Source: Octopus bimaculoides (lineage: Eukaryota). Taken from it: DNA of 64,000 bases. Made by a program: the position numbers and the translations under genes. Shown in pieces: positions 1 through 14,029 of this stretch. The notes beneath the pieces are model-generated. The model saw only the letters and a program-made list of their open reading frames with translations. It was not told where the DNA came from and did no database searches. Every line of letters starts with the position of its first letter. Position 1 is the first letter of the stretch. The DNA is taken from positions 6,979,983-7,043,982 of the forward strand of contig NC_068987.1 of the NCBI RefSeq assembly GCF_001194135.2. The letters are read 5' to 3'.

Positions 1-38
<38 letters not shown>
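1..38. repeat. (TG)n microsatellite
   Basis: Perfect TG dinucleotide run at the window start. Confidence 0.95.
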
Positions 39-41
<3 letters not shown>

Positions 42-479
42 TTAGCTTGAAGCTGTATAATGTCTTGGTAAAATCGATAGGACTCTAGATTAAAAAAAAA
101 AAACTTCTGTTATTTAGATCTGTTATTTACATAGTGATCTCCAGTATCACCACTATCCTGTTTCCATTAAGCAACAACTCACCAAATACTGGGGTAAATT
201 AGTTCTTATTGGCTCTCTTTCCGGGGTCGTAGAAAAGTTTGCTTTTGTTGACCTGGGATCGACGTATTAGTTATTCCTGCCCTTCGGAAATTCGTGATTT
301 TCTTTCACTTCGAATTTGATTGGATGGAACAACAGTGCATCATTGGCACTATGTTTTATAGTTTCCAGATGGATTCGATTTTGGAGTCTGATACAAGCAA
401 TCAATCTGAAAGTAGTTTCCCTAATTAGATCAGCTCAGAGGTGTTGAAAGAAAAAGAAGGAAACTGCTCAAAATGCATT

Positions 480-800
480 CCTATTCTGGTGTGAACAAGC
501 GATACTGGAGAAAAGCACAGACGGGTGAAGAGGTAGTAGAAGAAGGGAAAACAAGCCTATGTCTGGAGGGAAAAGAAATAATGCCTCCGTAGCAGGTAAT
601 AAGCGAATAGCTGTTTGCATAGTCACAGAATCCAAAGCGAGAAAACTAAAAACAGAAAAAGTGAAAATCAAACTTTGAAAGAAAGAACATTCACTAAGTG
701 TTTTTAAAGAATATAAGTGAGATAATCGTTGACAAACACAACTGGGTCTGGCTAGAGAAAAGGATACTGAAAAAAGGACTCTAAGGGGATGAAGCATAAG
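480..800 (+). mobile_element. Decayed R4/Dong-like non-LTR retrotransposon fragment (post-RT region)
   Basis: ~690-780 reads KNISEIIVDKHNWVWLEKRILKKG, resembling the W-x-WL-x-x-G-x-LKKET segment before the CCHC knuckle of R4/Dong ORFs; multiple stops and frameshifts. Confidence 0.45.
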
Positions 801-1026
801 AAGAGGGTCAAAGGGGAATCAGAATAAAGGGAACAAGGGACCAGTAAGAATGGTCACCCAAATGTTGAAATTTACAATGATTCAGATGACATCATAGCTC
901 GAAATATTCAAAGTTAACTCAGAAAGTATATAAACATTGTAGGAATATTAAGTTTGCAGGAATTTGCCTTTTCATGCAATTTAGCGTTGTTCTTAACAAA
1001 CAGTTATTTGAAGTCAGAAAAATGCA

Positions 1027-1061
1027 TCATCATGATTATGATCATGTTTATGATGATCATT

Positions 1062-1117
<56 letters not shown>

Positions 1118-1134
1118 CATCACCATCACCATCG

Positions 1135-1187
<53 letters not shown>

Positions 1188-1260
1188 TACACCATCATCA
1201 TCACCACCATCATCATCATCATCATCATCATCTTGTTGTCATCGACATCCCCATCAACAA
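1027..1260. repeat. (CAT/CAC)n trinucleotide repeat
   Basis: Direct inspection; it generates the poly-His, poly-Ile and poly-Met ORFs at 954-1327. Confidence 0.95.
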
Positions 1261-1579
1261 CATTTTAATTAAAGAAGACTCATTGTACACAAATCAACCA
1301 TCTTTTAATTACATACAACTTATATAAAGAATGAATCGAAAGCCTTCTAAAATCAGTTTTGACTTTCACCTTTCTGGACAACACAAAATTTAGTGCCGGT
1401 AAAATAATCTTGTGGACTACTTCACCTGTTTCCTTGCCTTCATATTATTACTTTAATTGTCCACATTATATGTAATTTATATTTTCAAATACAAATACCA
1501 TATTATTTATTGACTTGAACTTGTGTCGGAAAATTGATTACTGAACAAAAATATGGAATGATTTCGAGTCTTCGTACAA

Positions 1580-1620
<41 letters not shown>

Positions 1621-1725
1621 CACGCGCACCCATTCACCCATCCAGAAAACTACATATGTGTATGCATATGTGTGTGTTTGTGTGCGTACACGTGCGTGTG
1701 TGTAGGTATGCGTACTTGTGTGCAT

Positions 1726-1758
<33 letters not shown>

Positions 1759-1797
1759 NNNNNNNNNNNNNNNNNNNNNNNNNNNNNNATATATATG

Positions 1798-1875
<78 letters not shown>

Positions 1876-3189
1876 GATGCAAACAGAATATTAAGTAAGA
1901 GTCATTTAATATAGTCCCCACCCCGCAGTCTTTATGGAATTGGTTAGAGGAAAATAGTATGGAAGACCACCACTCGGAGTTTACGCGAATTCACCTGTGA
2001 AACTGCGTCACGCCGATTCTGCCTGAAAATTACGTTAAGGACTCAAGTGTCTGTGGAATACTCAGTCATTTATAATGTGTAGCTAATATTTATACAGATT
2101 CTCTCGCCCTAATTTGACCTTTAGAACTTTGGAGTTACCTGTGAAAATATAATTGCATAACGATAATGTAATTGGCGAGATTTATATCTTTGTTCAATGC
2201 GTAGAGGACAATGAGACATTTTTAATAAAGTCTGGTCTATCTCACGGAACCTGATAAATCTCCATGGAATTTAGGTAATTTATGTTTATTTGTAAGTAAT
2301 AATACATGTAACGCTATAATTATTCGAGTGAAATAGAGCGAAAGTCATGAAAACATGCATAAATATAAAAATCATTTTCTATCCAATTATTTGGAAGTAA
2401 ATGGTTTCCACTGAAGACTTGCTTGAGAATTTAGAGTTCATATTTAAGATAAAGTGTTTTCAATTCATATATTAGGCGCATTCTTGTAGCATCGGGTCCA
2501 ACACACGCACACGTACACATGTACACACTCATAGGCGCTTACGAGCGCTCACATGTGCGTGCATGTGTTCTACCATCCACTTCCACATTGTGAAGGTTTC
2601 ATAATTGTTTTTGTAGAACCTTGAAGAGTTGTGAGCCTTTGAAGCCCAAGCTATTGCATTACATGGCCCTCTCTTTAGATGGAATAGACGGTACTGGCGT
2701 CCAGTAGAGGCATTTGTATAACTCTTGGTGCCGTAGTTGGTTAGTTATCCTTCCAGAATTTGTCATACCTAAATTATTATAAATTTCTTGCATCGTCTCT
2801 CTAGGGAGTAAAGTCGTAGATTTTAGCCTCTCCAAAGCGCTCATCGCTGTACTGTGTCAAAATTGTTAGTGTCGTAACATTGGATTGCAGAAAGCTCTGC
2901 TGACAATTTCACACTACGTGGTGACCACACACTTTTAAAAAATAATTCGCATCTGTCATTGTTCATGACATTATCCCATTAAACATTCATACGTCCCACA
3001 TGCTCATCGAACATGGTCTGGAAGCAGTAAATAAGCAGAAGCTTGTATCTCCTGACAGAATAGTAATAGAATATTTTATTAATTCCAGGCTAATACCTCA
3101 TATATTGTAGACTCTCTTGGCGGTAACGACAGATGGTGGTTCTGTAGTTCCTTTCTGAAAAATCTCCTCATATGGTGAACTTATCGTGG

Positions 3190-3408
3190 TCAAATTTTTG
3201 CGCTGTACATTAGCTCTCTGCGTCCATCGACTCGGCATTGCCTGTACAGATATACAGAGTGCCATGCGCCATATGTGGAAGCTGAGCAACAAAAGCTGAA
3301 CTGTTCTGCTCAAGAAAACAACGCATCGTCCGATCCCGGAATAGAAACCACGATGTCACAATCTTGAGTGCGGCATCTAAACCGCTTAACCACGTGCCTT
3401 CACATCGC
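3190..3408 (-). mobile_element. tRNA-derived SINE, 5' part, diverged
   Basis: Minus strand reads gaaggcacgtggttaagcggtttag...gtggtttctattccggg...gcgttgttttcttgagcagaaca: A-box and B-box-like head followed by SINE body. Confidence 0.5.
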
Positions 3409-3476
3409 GTGTATAATACATGTGGGCGTCTGTGTGTGTGTATGTGAGTGTATGTGTGTATATGTGTGTGTGGATG

Positions 3477-3507
<31 letters not shown>

Positions 3508-3509
<2 letters not shown>

Positions 3510-3570
3510 TACCAAAGGTGGTGCTCCAGCGTGGCCGCAGTCAAATGACTGTAACAAATAAAAGAATACA
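3508..3570 (+). mobile_element. SINE 3' tail fragment
   Basis: aaaggtggtgctccagcgtggccgcagtcaaatgactgtaacaaataaaagaata matches the SINE tail at 50190-50211 and 49748-49790. Confidence 0.7.
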
Positions 3571-3873
3571 AGAAGATATATATATACATGCAATTATGTA
3601 TATGAGTATANNNNNNNNNNNNNNNNNNNNNNNNNNNNNNNNNNNNNNNNNNNNNNNNNNNNNNNNNNNNNNNNNNNNNNNNNNNNNNNNNNNNNNNNNN
3701 NNNNNNNNNNNNNNNNNNNNNNNNNNNNNNNNNNNNNNNNNNNNNNNNNNNNNNNNNNNNNNNNNNNNNNNNNNNNNNNNNNNNNNNNNNNNNNNNNNNN
3801 NNNNNNNNNNNNNNNNNNNNNNNNNNNNNNNNNNNNNNNNNNNNNNNNNNNNNNNNNNNNNNNNNNNNNNNNN

Positions 3874-3936
<63 letters not shown>

Positions 3937-4451
3937 GCACACAGAGATATATATATTTGTATATATATGTATGTATATTTAGGTATATGCATGTATATAC
4001 ATACATACATGCATACATACACACATATAGAGTTAAGGGTATGTTTCACATATCAAACGATAGAGGGGAAGTTTAAAAACCCACACCACAAGATACGCAC
4101 CATTATCTCATTTGTTACGTTATGTATTTGTTCACGCGCTACTTCCTTCCAACGCACTGCAGAATTATTTAGCTATAGTTGGACATCTATGCATGTGTGT
4201 GTGTGTGAGTGTGCGCGTGTGTGTTTCTGTGTGTTTGTATGTGTATGTGAGTGTGAGTGTGCGTGAGTTTGTGTATGTGTATATGTGTGTGTGTGTGTGA
4301 GTTTGTAATAACAATTTGACAATCCTTCACATACTTTGAAGATTCGTGGGCATCTATTGATAGAGAGAGGTTCTACGCCCAGGATAGTAAACTGGGGCTG
4401 CGTGTGAAGTCGTTATTTAACACACATCACTCTAACCTTTTAGTTGTTTTA

Positions 4452-4510
<59 letters not shown>

Positions 4511-5350
4511 NNNNNNNNNNNNNNNNNNNNNNNNNNNNNNNNNNNNNNNNNNNNNNNNNNNNNNNNNNNNNNNNNNNNNNNNNNNNNNNNNNNNNNNNNN
4601 NNNNNNNNNNNNNNNNNNNNNNNNNNNNNNNNNNNNNNNNNNNNNNNNNNNNNNNNNNNNNNNNNNNNNNNNNNNNNNNNNNNNNNNNNNNNNNNNNNNN
4701 NNNNNNNNNNNNNNNNNNNNNNNNNNNNNNNNNNNNNNNNNNNNNNNNNNNNNNNNNNNNNNNNNNNNNNNNNNNNNNNNNNNNNNNNNNNNNNNNNNNN
4801 NNNNNNNNNNNNNNNNNNNNNNNNNNNNNNNNNNNNNNNNNNNNNNNNNNNNNNNNNNNNNNNNNNNNNNNNNNNNNNNNNNNNNNNNNNNNNNNNNNNN
4901 NNNNNNNNNNNNNNNNNNNNNNNNNNNNNNNNNNNNNNNNNNNNNNNNNNNNNNNNNNNNNNNNNNNNNNNNNNNNNNNNNNNNNNNNNNNNNNNNNNNN
5001 NNNNNNNNNNNNNNNNNNNNNNNNNNNNNNNNNNNNNNNNNNNNNNNNNNNNNNNNNNNNNNNNNNNNNNNNNNNNNNNNNNNNNNNNNNNNNNNNNNNN
5101 NNNNNNNNNNNNNNNNNNNNNNNNNNNNNNNNNNNNNNNNNNNNNNNNNNNNNNNNNNNNNNNNNNNNNNNNNNNNNNNNNNNNNNNNNNNNNNNNNNNN
5201 NNNNNNNNNNNNNNNNNNNNNNNNNNNNNNNNNNNNNNNNNNNNNNNNNNNNNNNNNNNNNNNNNNNNNNNNNNNNNNNNNNNNNNNNNNNNNNNNNNNN
5301 NNNNNNNNNNNNNNNNNNNNNNNNNNNNNNNNNNNNNNNNNNNNNNNNNN

Positions 5351-5410
<60 letters not shown>

Positions 5411-6012
5411 CAACTTTTTCAAGCGGTACAAACACACATGTGTATATGTATATGCACATACACATTCACACACATATATGTATATACATATTATATGCGT
5501 GTGTATATACATACATATGTATATATGTATATGTCCCTCTATATATATGCATATACATGTACATATATATACCTGTGGATATGAAAATATGCATATATAT
5601 TCATACATACACACATACATACATGCATACATACATACATGTATGTATGCTTACATATATACATACATACCTACATATACACACATGTGTACACAAGTGA
5701 GTGTATATGTTGGCTGTTTGAAAATATCTTTTAATAACGAAGATGATAGATATAGAAAAATATGTAATGAGATGTACAATATATAATGAGATATACATGT
5801 ATAATAGGTTACACAGGTTGTTAGATGATGCTATAATAATTAGAATATTTGAAGCTCCGGTTTTGAAATAGAAGAAATGAAATGATCGCAGTTTGCTGAA
5901 ATGTGTTGTTACCTACAAGCTATTCTGGTGTTTTGTGACAAAACACTAGACTGGTCTGATGATACCATCATGTTTCTCTGAAATCTTTGATTATTTTCTT
6001 CCATTTGAAAAG

Positions 6013-6055
6013 GCGAATCTTTTCTAAAACTCTACATCAGTAGTAAACCACCGAT
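6013..6055 (+). CDS. Candidate micro-exon (GESFLKLYISSKPP, phase 1 to 2) of an unidentified gene
   Basis: ttattttcttccatttgaaaag acceptor, gtaaga donor, open frame; no homology recognised. Confidence 0.2.
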
Positions 6056-6734
6056 GTAAGATACTCAAATATCTCTTCTCTTTACTTCCATTTATTGATG
6101 TCCAGTAGACATATTTAGACAAATTTTCTTAAGTACATTGCTCAAAATATTTATCAAAATTTTACATCCTATAACACGCTTTACAATACTTCATGCAATG
6201 TGCAACATGAATACATCTATATTCATGTTGTTCCGTACGCAGCATCGACAAGTGACAACAATGATACGACATCGATGTCTGTCGCTCCGAAAAAAAAAAA
6301 AAAAAAGGATCTGATGTGAATTGTCTCACTAGGCTAGGCTATGACCTGCTTTCGGGTGCTTTCACACCGAGGGCTTTGAGAATGTATTCTCTTACGCGTA
6401 AAAACGCAGCAGCCCGACAAACGAACAACATACACATCTCATGTATGTGTGTTCAATTTTGTTTATATATATATATATATATATATATATNNNNNNNNNN
6501 NNNNNNNNNNNNNNNNNNNNNNNNNNNNNNNNNNNNNNNNNNNNNNNNNNNNNNNNNNNNNNNNNNNNNNNNNNNNNNNNNNNNNNNNNNNNNNNNNNNN
6601 NNNNNNNNNNNNNNNNNNNNNNNNNNNNNNNNNNNNNNNNNNNNNNNNNNNNNNNNNNNNNNNNNNNNNNNNNNNNNNNNNNNNNNNNNNNNNNNNNNNN
6701 NNNNNNNNNNNNTATATATGGGAGAATATACAAA

Positions 6735-7180
6735 AAATAACAACAGACGAGGACAGGTGGTGTAAATAACAAAAGTATATATTAGTATGACGCTCGGGAA
6801 TACGGAAAGTCTTTGACGTTTCGAGCTACGCTCTTCAACAGAAAGAATACGGAGACAAGGAGAAAAACACGGAGAAAAAAAATTGATTAATATATATATA
6901 TATATTAATAGTAATGGTATGACAGCAAAAGAATCAATGAGACCTCGATGTTATGTAAATAGAGGAATTTATCTGTAATATAATATGTGACAATTATTCG
7001 GTTGCTATAATAAAATTCCGAATTTCGTATGTCGGGTCGGAAATCTGCTCCGGCATCTCATCAGTTATTACGAAAATCAAAAAATGCTCATTTCTTTTAT
7101 TGTCTTAATAACCGACGAAAGCCTAGGAGCAGATTTCCCGACGTCCGAAACTCGGAGATTTATTATGGCAACCGAATAAT
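6735..7180 (-). mobile_element. Penelope-like element terminal (pLTR/3' UTR) fragment
   Basis: Shares the ...gaagagcgtagctcgaaacgtcaaagactttc...gagcg...actaata... block with 23940-24030 and carries a hammerhead-like motif typical of PLE termini. Confidence 0.55.
6810..6846 (-). ncRNA. Minimal hammerhead ribozyme-like motif (U6 variant)
   Basis: Minus strand: TCTTT-CTGTTGA-A-GAGC-GTA-GCTC-GAAAC-GTC-AAAGA. 5-bp stem I, 4-bp stem II, GAAA, palindromic ACGT in place of stem III, GUC cleavage triplet. Confidence 0.55.
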
Positions 7181-7190
7181 TGTCCCATAT

Positions 7191-7238
<48 letters not shown>

Positions 7239-9879
7239 TGTATGTATGTATGTATGTTTGTATGTAAATATGTTTGACTGTATGCACATATATTTATATC
7301 AATAATTGTAAACTGAATAGGTATAATATGAACAGGTGGCATTCGCTGAACATTTTCTAGAAAACATTTCACAAGCGTAAACATGATTTTACGCTTATTA
7401 TGTGTATTCGTATTTGTTATCGTGATTATTTTCTAGGTAAAATTTAGCCAGAATTTCATATATATATCAAATATCGTCAGCTAGATTGGTTTCTTGTAAA
7501 AATTAGATGAATTTTATAATTATCATTATGAAGTAATAGCGTTCCGATTTAGAAATGTACACATTTAGCTTGTAATGTTAGCCTAAAAGCATATAGTAAG
7601 TCATTATCTGGGGAGTGAATAAGTTTTATTAGGGTATAAGATCGGTCGTACTGACATCAGTACCTTATATTATTTTCTCCATATTCTTAGTGATGTATAT
7701 TAAATAATTCAGCAAGCTAATATATAACATTCCACCTTGCTGCTTACATATTGCGCTGGTTTACAAACAGCTATAAAAAGTAGCATATAAATTGTGCAAA
7801 TATTTTTTGCTATTACGGCACTAACATTGCTGCCTATACTTACGCTAATGCTGCAATTGTCTAATAATTATCTATAATTTTAATACCATTATATAATCAT
7901 TTTCACATACATTCATACACAAACACATATTCAGAGGTTCTGAGGTCTCATGTGTAATGTAGCACCCTCTATATTACTTTAATACTGCCTTACAGATGGG
8001 ACATATGACTTATATATATGTATATATATATATATATATATNNNNNNNNNNNNNNNNNNNNNNNNNNNNNNNNNNNNNNNNNNNNNNNNNNNNNNNNNNN
8101 NNNNNNNNNNNNNNNNNNNNNNNNNNNNNNNNNNNNNNNNNNNNNNNNNNNNNNNNNNNNNNNNNNNNNNNNNNNNNNNNNNNNNNNNNNNNNNNNNNNN
8201 NNNNNNNNNNNNNNNNNNNNNNNNNNNNNNNNNNNNNNNNNNNNNNNNNNNNNNNNNNNNNNNNNNNNNNNNNNNNNNNNNNNNNNNNNNNNNNNNNNNN
8301 NNNNNNNNNNNNNNNNNNNNNNNNNNNNNNNNNNNNNNNNNNNNNNNNNNNNNNNNNNNNNNNNNNNNNNNNNNNNNNNNNNNNNNNNNNNNNNNNNNNN
8401 NNNNNNNNNNNNNNNNNNNNNNNNNNNNNNNNNNNNNNNNNNNNNNNNNNNNNNNNNNNNNNNNNNNNNNNNNNNNNNNNNNNNNNNNNNNNNNNNNNNN
8501 NNNNNNNNNNNNNNNNNNNNNNNNNNNNNNNNNNNNNNNNNNNNNNNNNNNNNNNNNNNNNNNNTATACGTTCATGTAATTATGGCTGACTTTGTATGCA
8601 TGTATTTTTATGTTTACATTTTTATATGTTGGAAAGTCTGTTTATGTTTCCATTATTTTTTATTTATATTCATTTTCATTATTTGGATATTACATATTTA
8701 TTTTAATAAGTTGATTTTCAGCTAAAAATAACGAAGATTAAAGTATACGGAGATACTCTCACGAAATAATTTTCTGATAAAAATTCCTATTTATCATATA
8801 TTTTATATAAACTAGTAAGCATCAGAATTAATAAAAATATAACGGTATTTGAATACTTATACATTGCAATATATATTCAATATGTAGTTTTGAATATCTA
8901 TATTGGTTTACAAAGTGTTTATTTTTTATAGATGAAATAAAACTAAATTATCTCAGAATCAGCGAGGAGAGTTTGAAGCATTTTTGCTAACGTTCTTCAG
9001 GAGTTCAAGATTTTTGAAATCATTATACAATTATTAATTTTGTTTCTTTATACGTTCAGTTAATTTATTAAATTTTTAATCACTATTTTTCTTTATTTGC
9101 TGTCTGATTTTTTGTACCAACAGTTTTAATTTTATATTTATGGAACTCAAATAAACTTACACAGGAATTCTATAGTTGAATGCTCGTTGTATTTTAGTGT
9201 TAAAATACTGATTTAACCACATTACTAACTCATTTGGATGGAACAACCTTTTTATTTTCCTTATTTAAGTATGATTTAAAACCGATTTTTCTTCCAGTTT
9301 TGGCGACAAGTTATTCATTCACTTTCGGCCGATACTAAAAGTTTTCCCTTACAAAATCTTGATTCTTCGAGTAAATAATGTTTGCCAACACATTTCAGCA
9401 TTCCATTGACTAATACATCTGTGTAACTTGTTGATAGTAAATAAAGATAACTCTGATTTCCAAAATAAGGAAAATATATGGAAGTTTTGTGGCGAGACAT
9501 TTACAAATGTTCGTAGCTTCTTACGATATTACTAAACTGGAAAGGGAAGGCCGATTGAAGAAAGCGTGTATTACATTTAATATCTGAGGCTTAGGTTATT
9601 GTCTGCAATAGGTCGCTAGAAGTCCTTATAGAAATCAGTAAAACTCGACTTAGGCTTTAATTATAATTTTAAAGCCAATTCATCGAAATCTTGCAGCTAT
9701 ACTTAATCAAAAGCAAATTATATTTCCAGTATCTCTTTAAGTAGTGTTTCGCCAACATTTTATATCATTTAAAAAAACAATGATAATATTTAAACTATTC
9801 TCACATATATTTATTTTTAATTCGTTGAAACATGTCCAATATTTACATAGACACAGACACACACATACACACACATACA

Positions 9880-10712
<833 letters not shown>

Positions 10713-11135
10713 NNNNNNNNNNNNNNNNNNNNNNNNNNNNNNNNNNNNNNNNNNNNNNNNNNNNNNNNNNNNNNNNNNNNNNNNNNNNNNNNNNNNNNNN
10801 NNNNNNNNNNNNNNNNNNNNNNNNNNNNNNNNNNNNNNNNNNNNNNNNNNNNNNNNNNNNNNNNNNNNNNNNNNNNNNNNNNNNNNNNNNNNNNNNNNNN
10901 NNNNNNNNNNNNNNNNNNNNNNNNNNNNNNNNNNNNNNNNNNNNNNNNNNNNNNNNNNNNNNNNNNNNNNNNNNNNNNNNNNNNNNNNNNNNNNNNNNNN
11001 NNNNNNNNNNNNNNNNNNNNNNNNNNNNNNNNNNNNNNNNNNNNNNNNNNNNNNNNNNNNNNNNNNNNNTATATACATATAGATAGGCTTCTTCATATAT
11101 CTATATGTGTGTATATCTTTATATATGTATGTATG

Positions 11136-11214
<79 letters not shown>

Positions 11215-11780
11215 ATACGTATGTATATCAGATTAGTCACGAAGCCTAATCTTGTCTTTATCTACTTTCAGTAAACATATCTACATCAAACGTCGTTCTG
11301 TTTTCTTACGTTTCATTTTGTCATCTTTCAGTTAACCTTATTTTATACAAGGGCCTTTGCTTTCATTTATTCTTGCATTTTATGTTATCGTTTGGCAGCA
11401 ATTATCTACTCTCCAACACACATGGAACATTGGCTTTTCCTCTGATAATCTTCATCTTCGTCTGCAGTTCGAAGTGTAACCAAGAATATCTTCACATGCA
11501 CCACTTGTGATTATAATTGAAAAGCTGTCTCTTCAATTCCTTAACTTCCCTCTTTCCTTCCTATGGACTCACTCACAGACTTCAGTATATAAATTTCTTA
11601 CTCGCCAACTATATATATATACATAAATATACATATGTGTGCATGTGTGTGTGAATATATATAAAGGTGTGTGTGTGTGTGTGTGTATGTGTGTAGTTAT
11701 GTCATGTTCTGCTAGTCAATAAAAGTACTATACGTACTTCCAGATTTGCATATGGGCTTCTGTAGTGTGTGAATAAGTAA

Positions 11781-12294
11781 TTGAATAAGTTAGAGTCAAC
11801 AAGAAGGGGTACAGTTGGGCATTTATTTGCAATCACTACAATTGTTTCCACGCAACGTAGTTCTCGAGTCTTGCAGGTTTTTGTTTATGGAACTGTTATC
11901 CTACATTATGAGATCTAGCTGTGTTTCCTCATGAAATATATAAATATTGTCTCCATAAATTGAAATTCTCGGCTTCCACAGCATCCCATCTATATGTCGT
12001 GGCCTGGAGTTGGTAGTAGCCACTGAGTATATCAAGAGATGTGTTGTTGCTGAATGTCCGTTGGCAAGCTGCAACCAAACAGACATACAAATCGGATGCT
12101 TTTGAAGTCGAGAATTTAAATTTACTGAGATAATATTCATATATCGTCTCAGGAAACACAACTAGATCTCATAATGTAGGAAAATGACTACATGACGAAA
12201 TAGCTGCAAGCCTGGAGAACTGCGTTGCGTGGAAACAATTGTAGTGATTGCAAATAAATGTCCAACCCTACTCCTTCTTGTTGACTAACTTATT

Positions 12295-12297
<3 letters not shown>
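11781..12297. mobile_element. Fold-back/MITE-like element with ~150-bp inverted arms
   Basis: 11781-11929 is the reverse complement of 12151-12297 (e.g. catttatttgcaatcactacaattgtttccacgcaacg / cgttgcgtggaaacaattgtagtgattgcaaataaatg; cctacattatgagatctag / ctagatctcataatgtagg); 221-bp spacer. Confidence 0.75.
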
Positions 12298-12336
<39 letters not shown>

Positions 12337-12946
12337 NNNNNNNNNNNNNNNNNNNNNNNNNNNNNNNNNNNNNNNNNNNNNNNNNNNNNNNNNNNNNNNN
12401 NNNNNNNNNNNNNNNNNNNNNNNNNNNNNNNNNNNNNNNNNNNNNNNNNNNNNNNNNNNNNNNNNNNNNNNNNNNNNNNNNNNNNNNNNNNNNNNNNNNN
12501 NNNNNNNNNNNNNNNNNNNNNNNNNNNNNNNNNNNNNNNNNNNNNNNNNNNNNNNNNNNNNNNNNNNNNNNNNNNNNNNNNNNNNNNNNNNNNNNNNNNN
12601 NNNNNNNNNNNNNNNNNNNNNNNNNNNNNNNNNNNNNNNNNNNNNNNNNNNNNNNNNNNNNNNNNNNNNNNNNNNNNNNNNNNNNNNNNNNNNNNNNNNN
12701 NNNNNNNNNNNNNNNNNNNNNNNNNNNNNNNNNNNNNNNNNNNNNNNNNNNNNNNNNNNNNNNNNNNNNNNNNNNNNNNNNNNNNNNNNNNNNNNNNNNN
12801 NNNNNNNNNNNNNNNNNNNNNNNNNNNNNNNNNNNNNNNNNNNNNNNNNNNNNNNNNNNNNNNNNNNNNNNNNNNNNNNNNNNNNNNNNNNNNNNNNNNN
12901 NNNNNNNNNNNNNNNNNNNNNNNNNNNNNNNNNNNNNNNNNNNNNN

Positions 12947-13012
<66 letters not shown>

Positions 13013-13331
13013 ACGCGGGCGCCTGTGTGTGTTGTGTTTATATACGAGTGTACGTCATTCTCCTTTTGCTCCCAATCAAAAAATGCTTCCACCACTTCCC
13101 TTATTATCAAAACCCTCCTCCCACGTTTCCGATATCATACAAAAACATCTCATTTTCTATATTTTTCTATTTATTCTTTTCTCTATAAATCTATAAATCC
13201 CTAGACTTATATTACCATTTTACTTCCCTAGCTCCCCACTCGTACTATCACTCGTAATATCTAACCTCTCTGTGTATTCCATCCTTTTTATGTTTTATTC
13301 TCCGCTCAATTGAATAACTTTCCCTTTTCAC

Positions 13332-13445
13332 CTGCTACATTGTCAGTGAGCGTCTTTATGTACTTTGGTATTATATAATCCAGCTCGTAATTCATTCTCT
13401 GTTCCAATTTTTGAGTGTCAGACGTTGTTTTCTTCTTCCAATTTA
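13332..13445 (-). CDS. Candidate symmetric phase-1 exon (NWKKKTTSDTQKLEQRMNYELDYIIPKYIKTLTDNVA)
   Basis: Strong minus-strand acceptor tctatctctttctgtcaagctccag, donor ag|gtgaaa, 114 nt open; no partner exons or homology identified. Confidence 0.3.
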
Positions 13446-13699
13446 CTGGAGCTTGACAGAAAGAGATAGAGCAGCAAACGGAATTTGACACGGGTCTTGG
13501 CTTGTACATACACATACACATACACATACGCGCACAAGTATTTATGTATGTATACGTTTCTGCGTATTCACGCCAACACTATCGCTACATACAGTAATCC
13601 TAAACCTTACCCTCACCTTCTTTCATAGTACTTGAACGTGACTGAATAGACACGTGAATTGATGTGTATATATGCATACACACAAACATACGATAAAGG

Positions 13700-13845
13700 T
13701 AAACCTCATTATACATCTTCTTCCTTTATTATTCACCACAACAATGTCCGCTTTCCGATGTCTGGTCGAGTGATCGCATTGGATCACCGCATACCACAGG
13801 ATTTTGCAATCCTTTGTTTTCGGTGACTCCTTCTGGAGTCATCAT
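13700..13845 (-). mobile_element. 5'-truncated R4/Dong-like fragment (RLE region)
   Basis: Minus strand, across a frameshift: TPEGVTEN / KDCKILWYAVIQCDHSTRHRKADIVVVN, matching the KILWD-x-x-IQ-x-D...RPDIV motif of the PD-(D/E)xK endonuclease. Confidence 0.75.
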
Positions 13846-13856
13846 CATCATCATCA

Positions 13857-14029
<173 letters not shown>

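Noticed and set aside
954-1327. Poly-His and poly-Ile ORFs that look like a His-rich metal-binding protein
   Set aside because: Entirely a (CAT)n microsatellite, open in several frames, with no splice or coding context.
2659-3313. Protein-like minus-strand ORFs 2659-2844 and 3098-3313
   Set aside because: They adjoin or overlap SINE-derived sequence, stop shortly before or at the candidate donors, and give no consistent exon phases.
4404-5786. Long ORFs of 300-460 aa here and at 12248, 41109, 47389, 50066 and 56006
   Set aside because: Made of N-gap (X) residues and YI/CV/HT dinucleotide-repeat translations; assembly artefacts.
13755-13845. Three small adjacent hairpins suggesting a ribozyme
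   Set aside because: The minus strand translates as the Dong RLE motif (KILWYAVIQCDH...ADIVVV); the hairpins are likely incidental.
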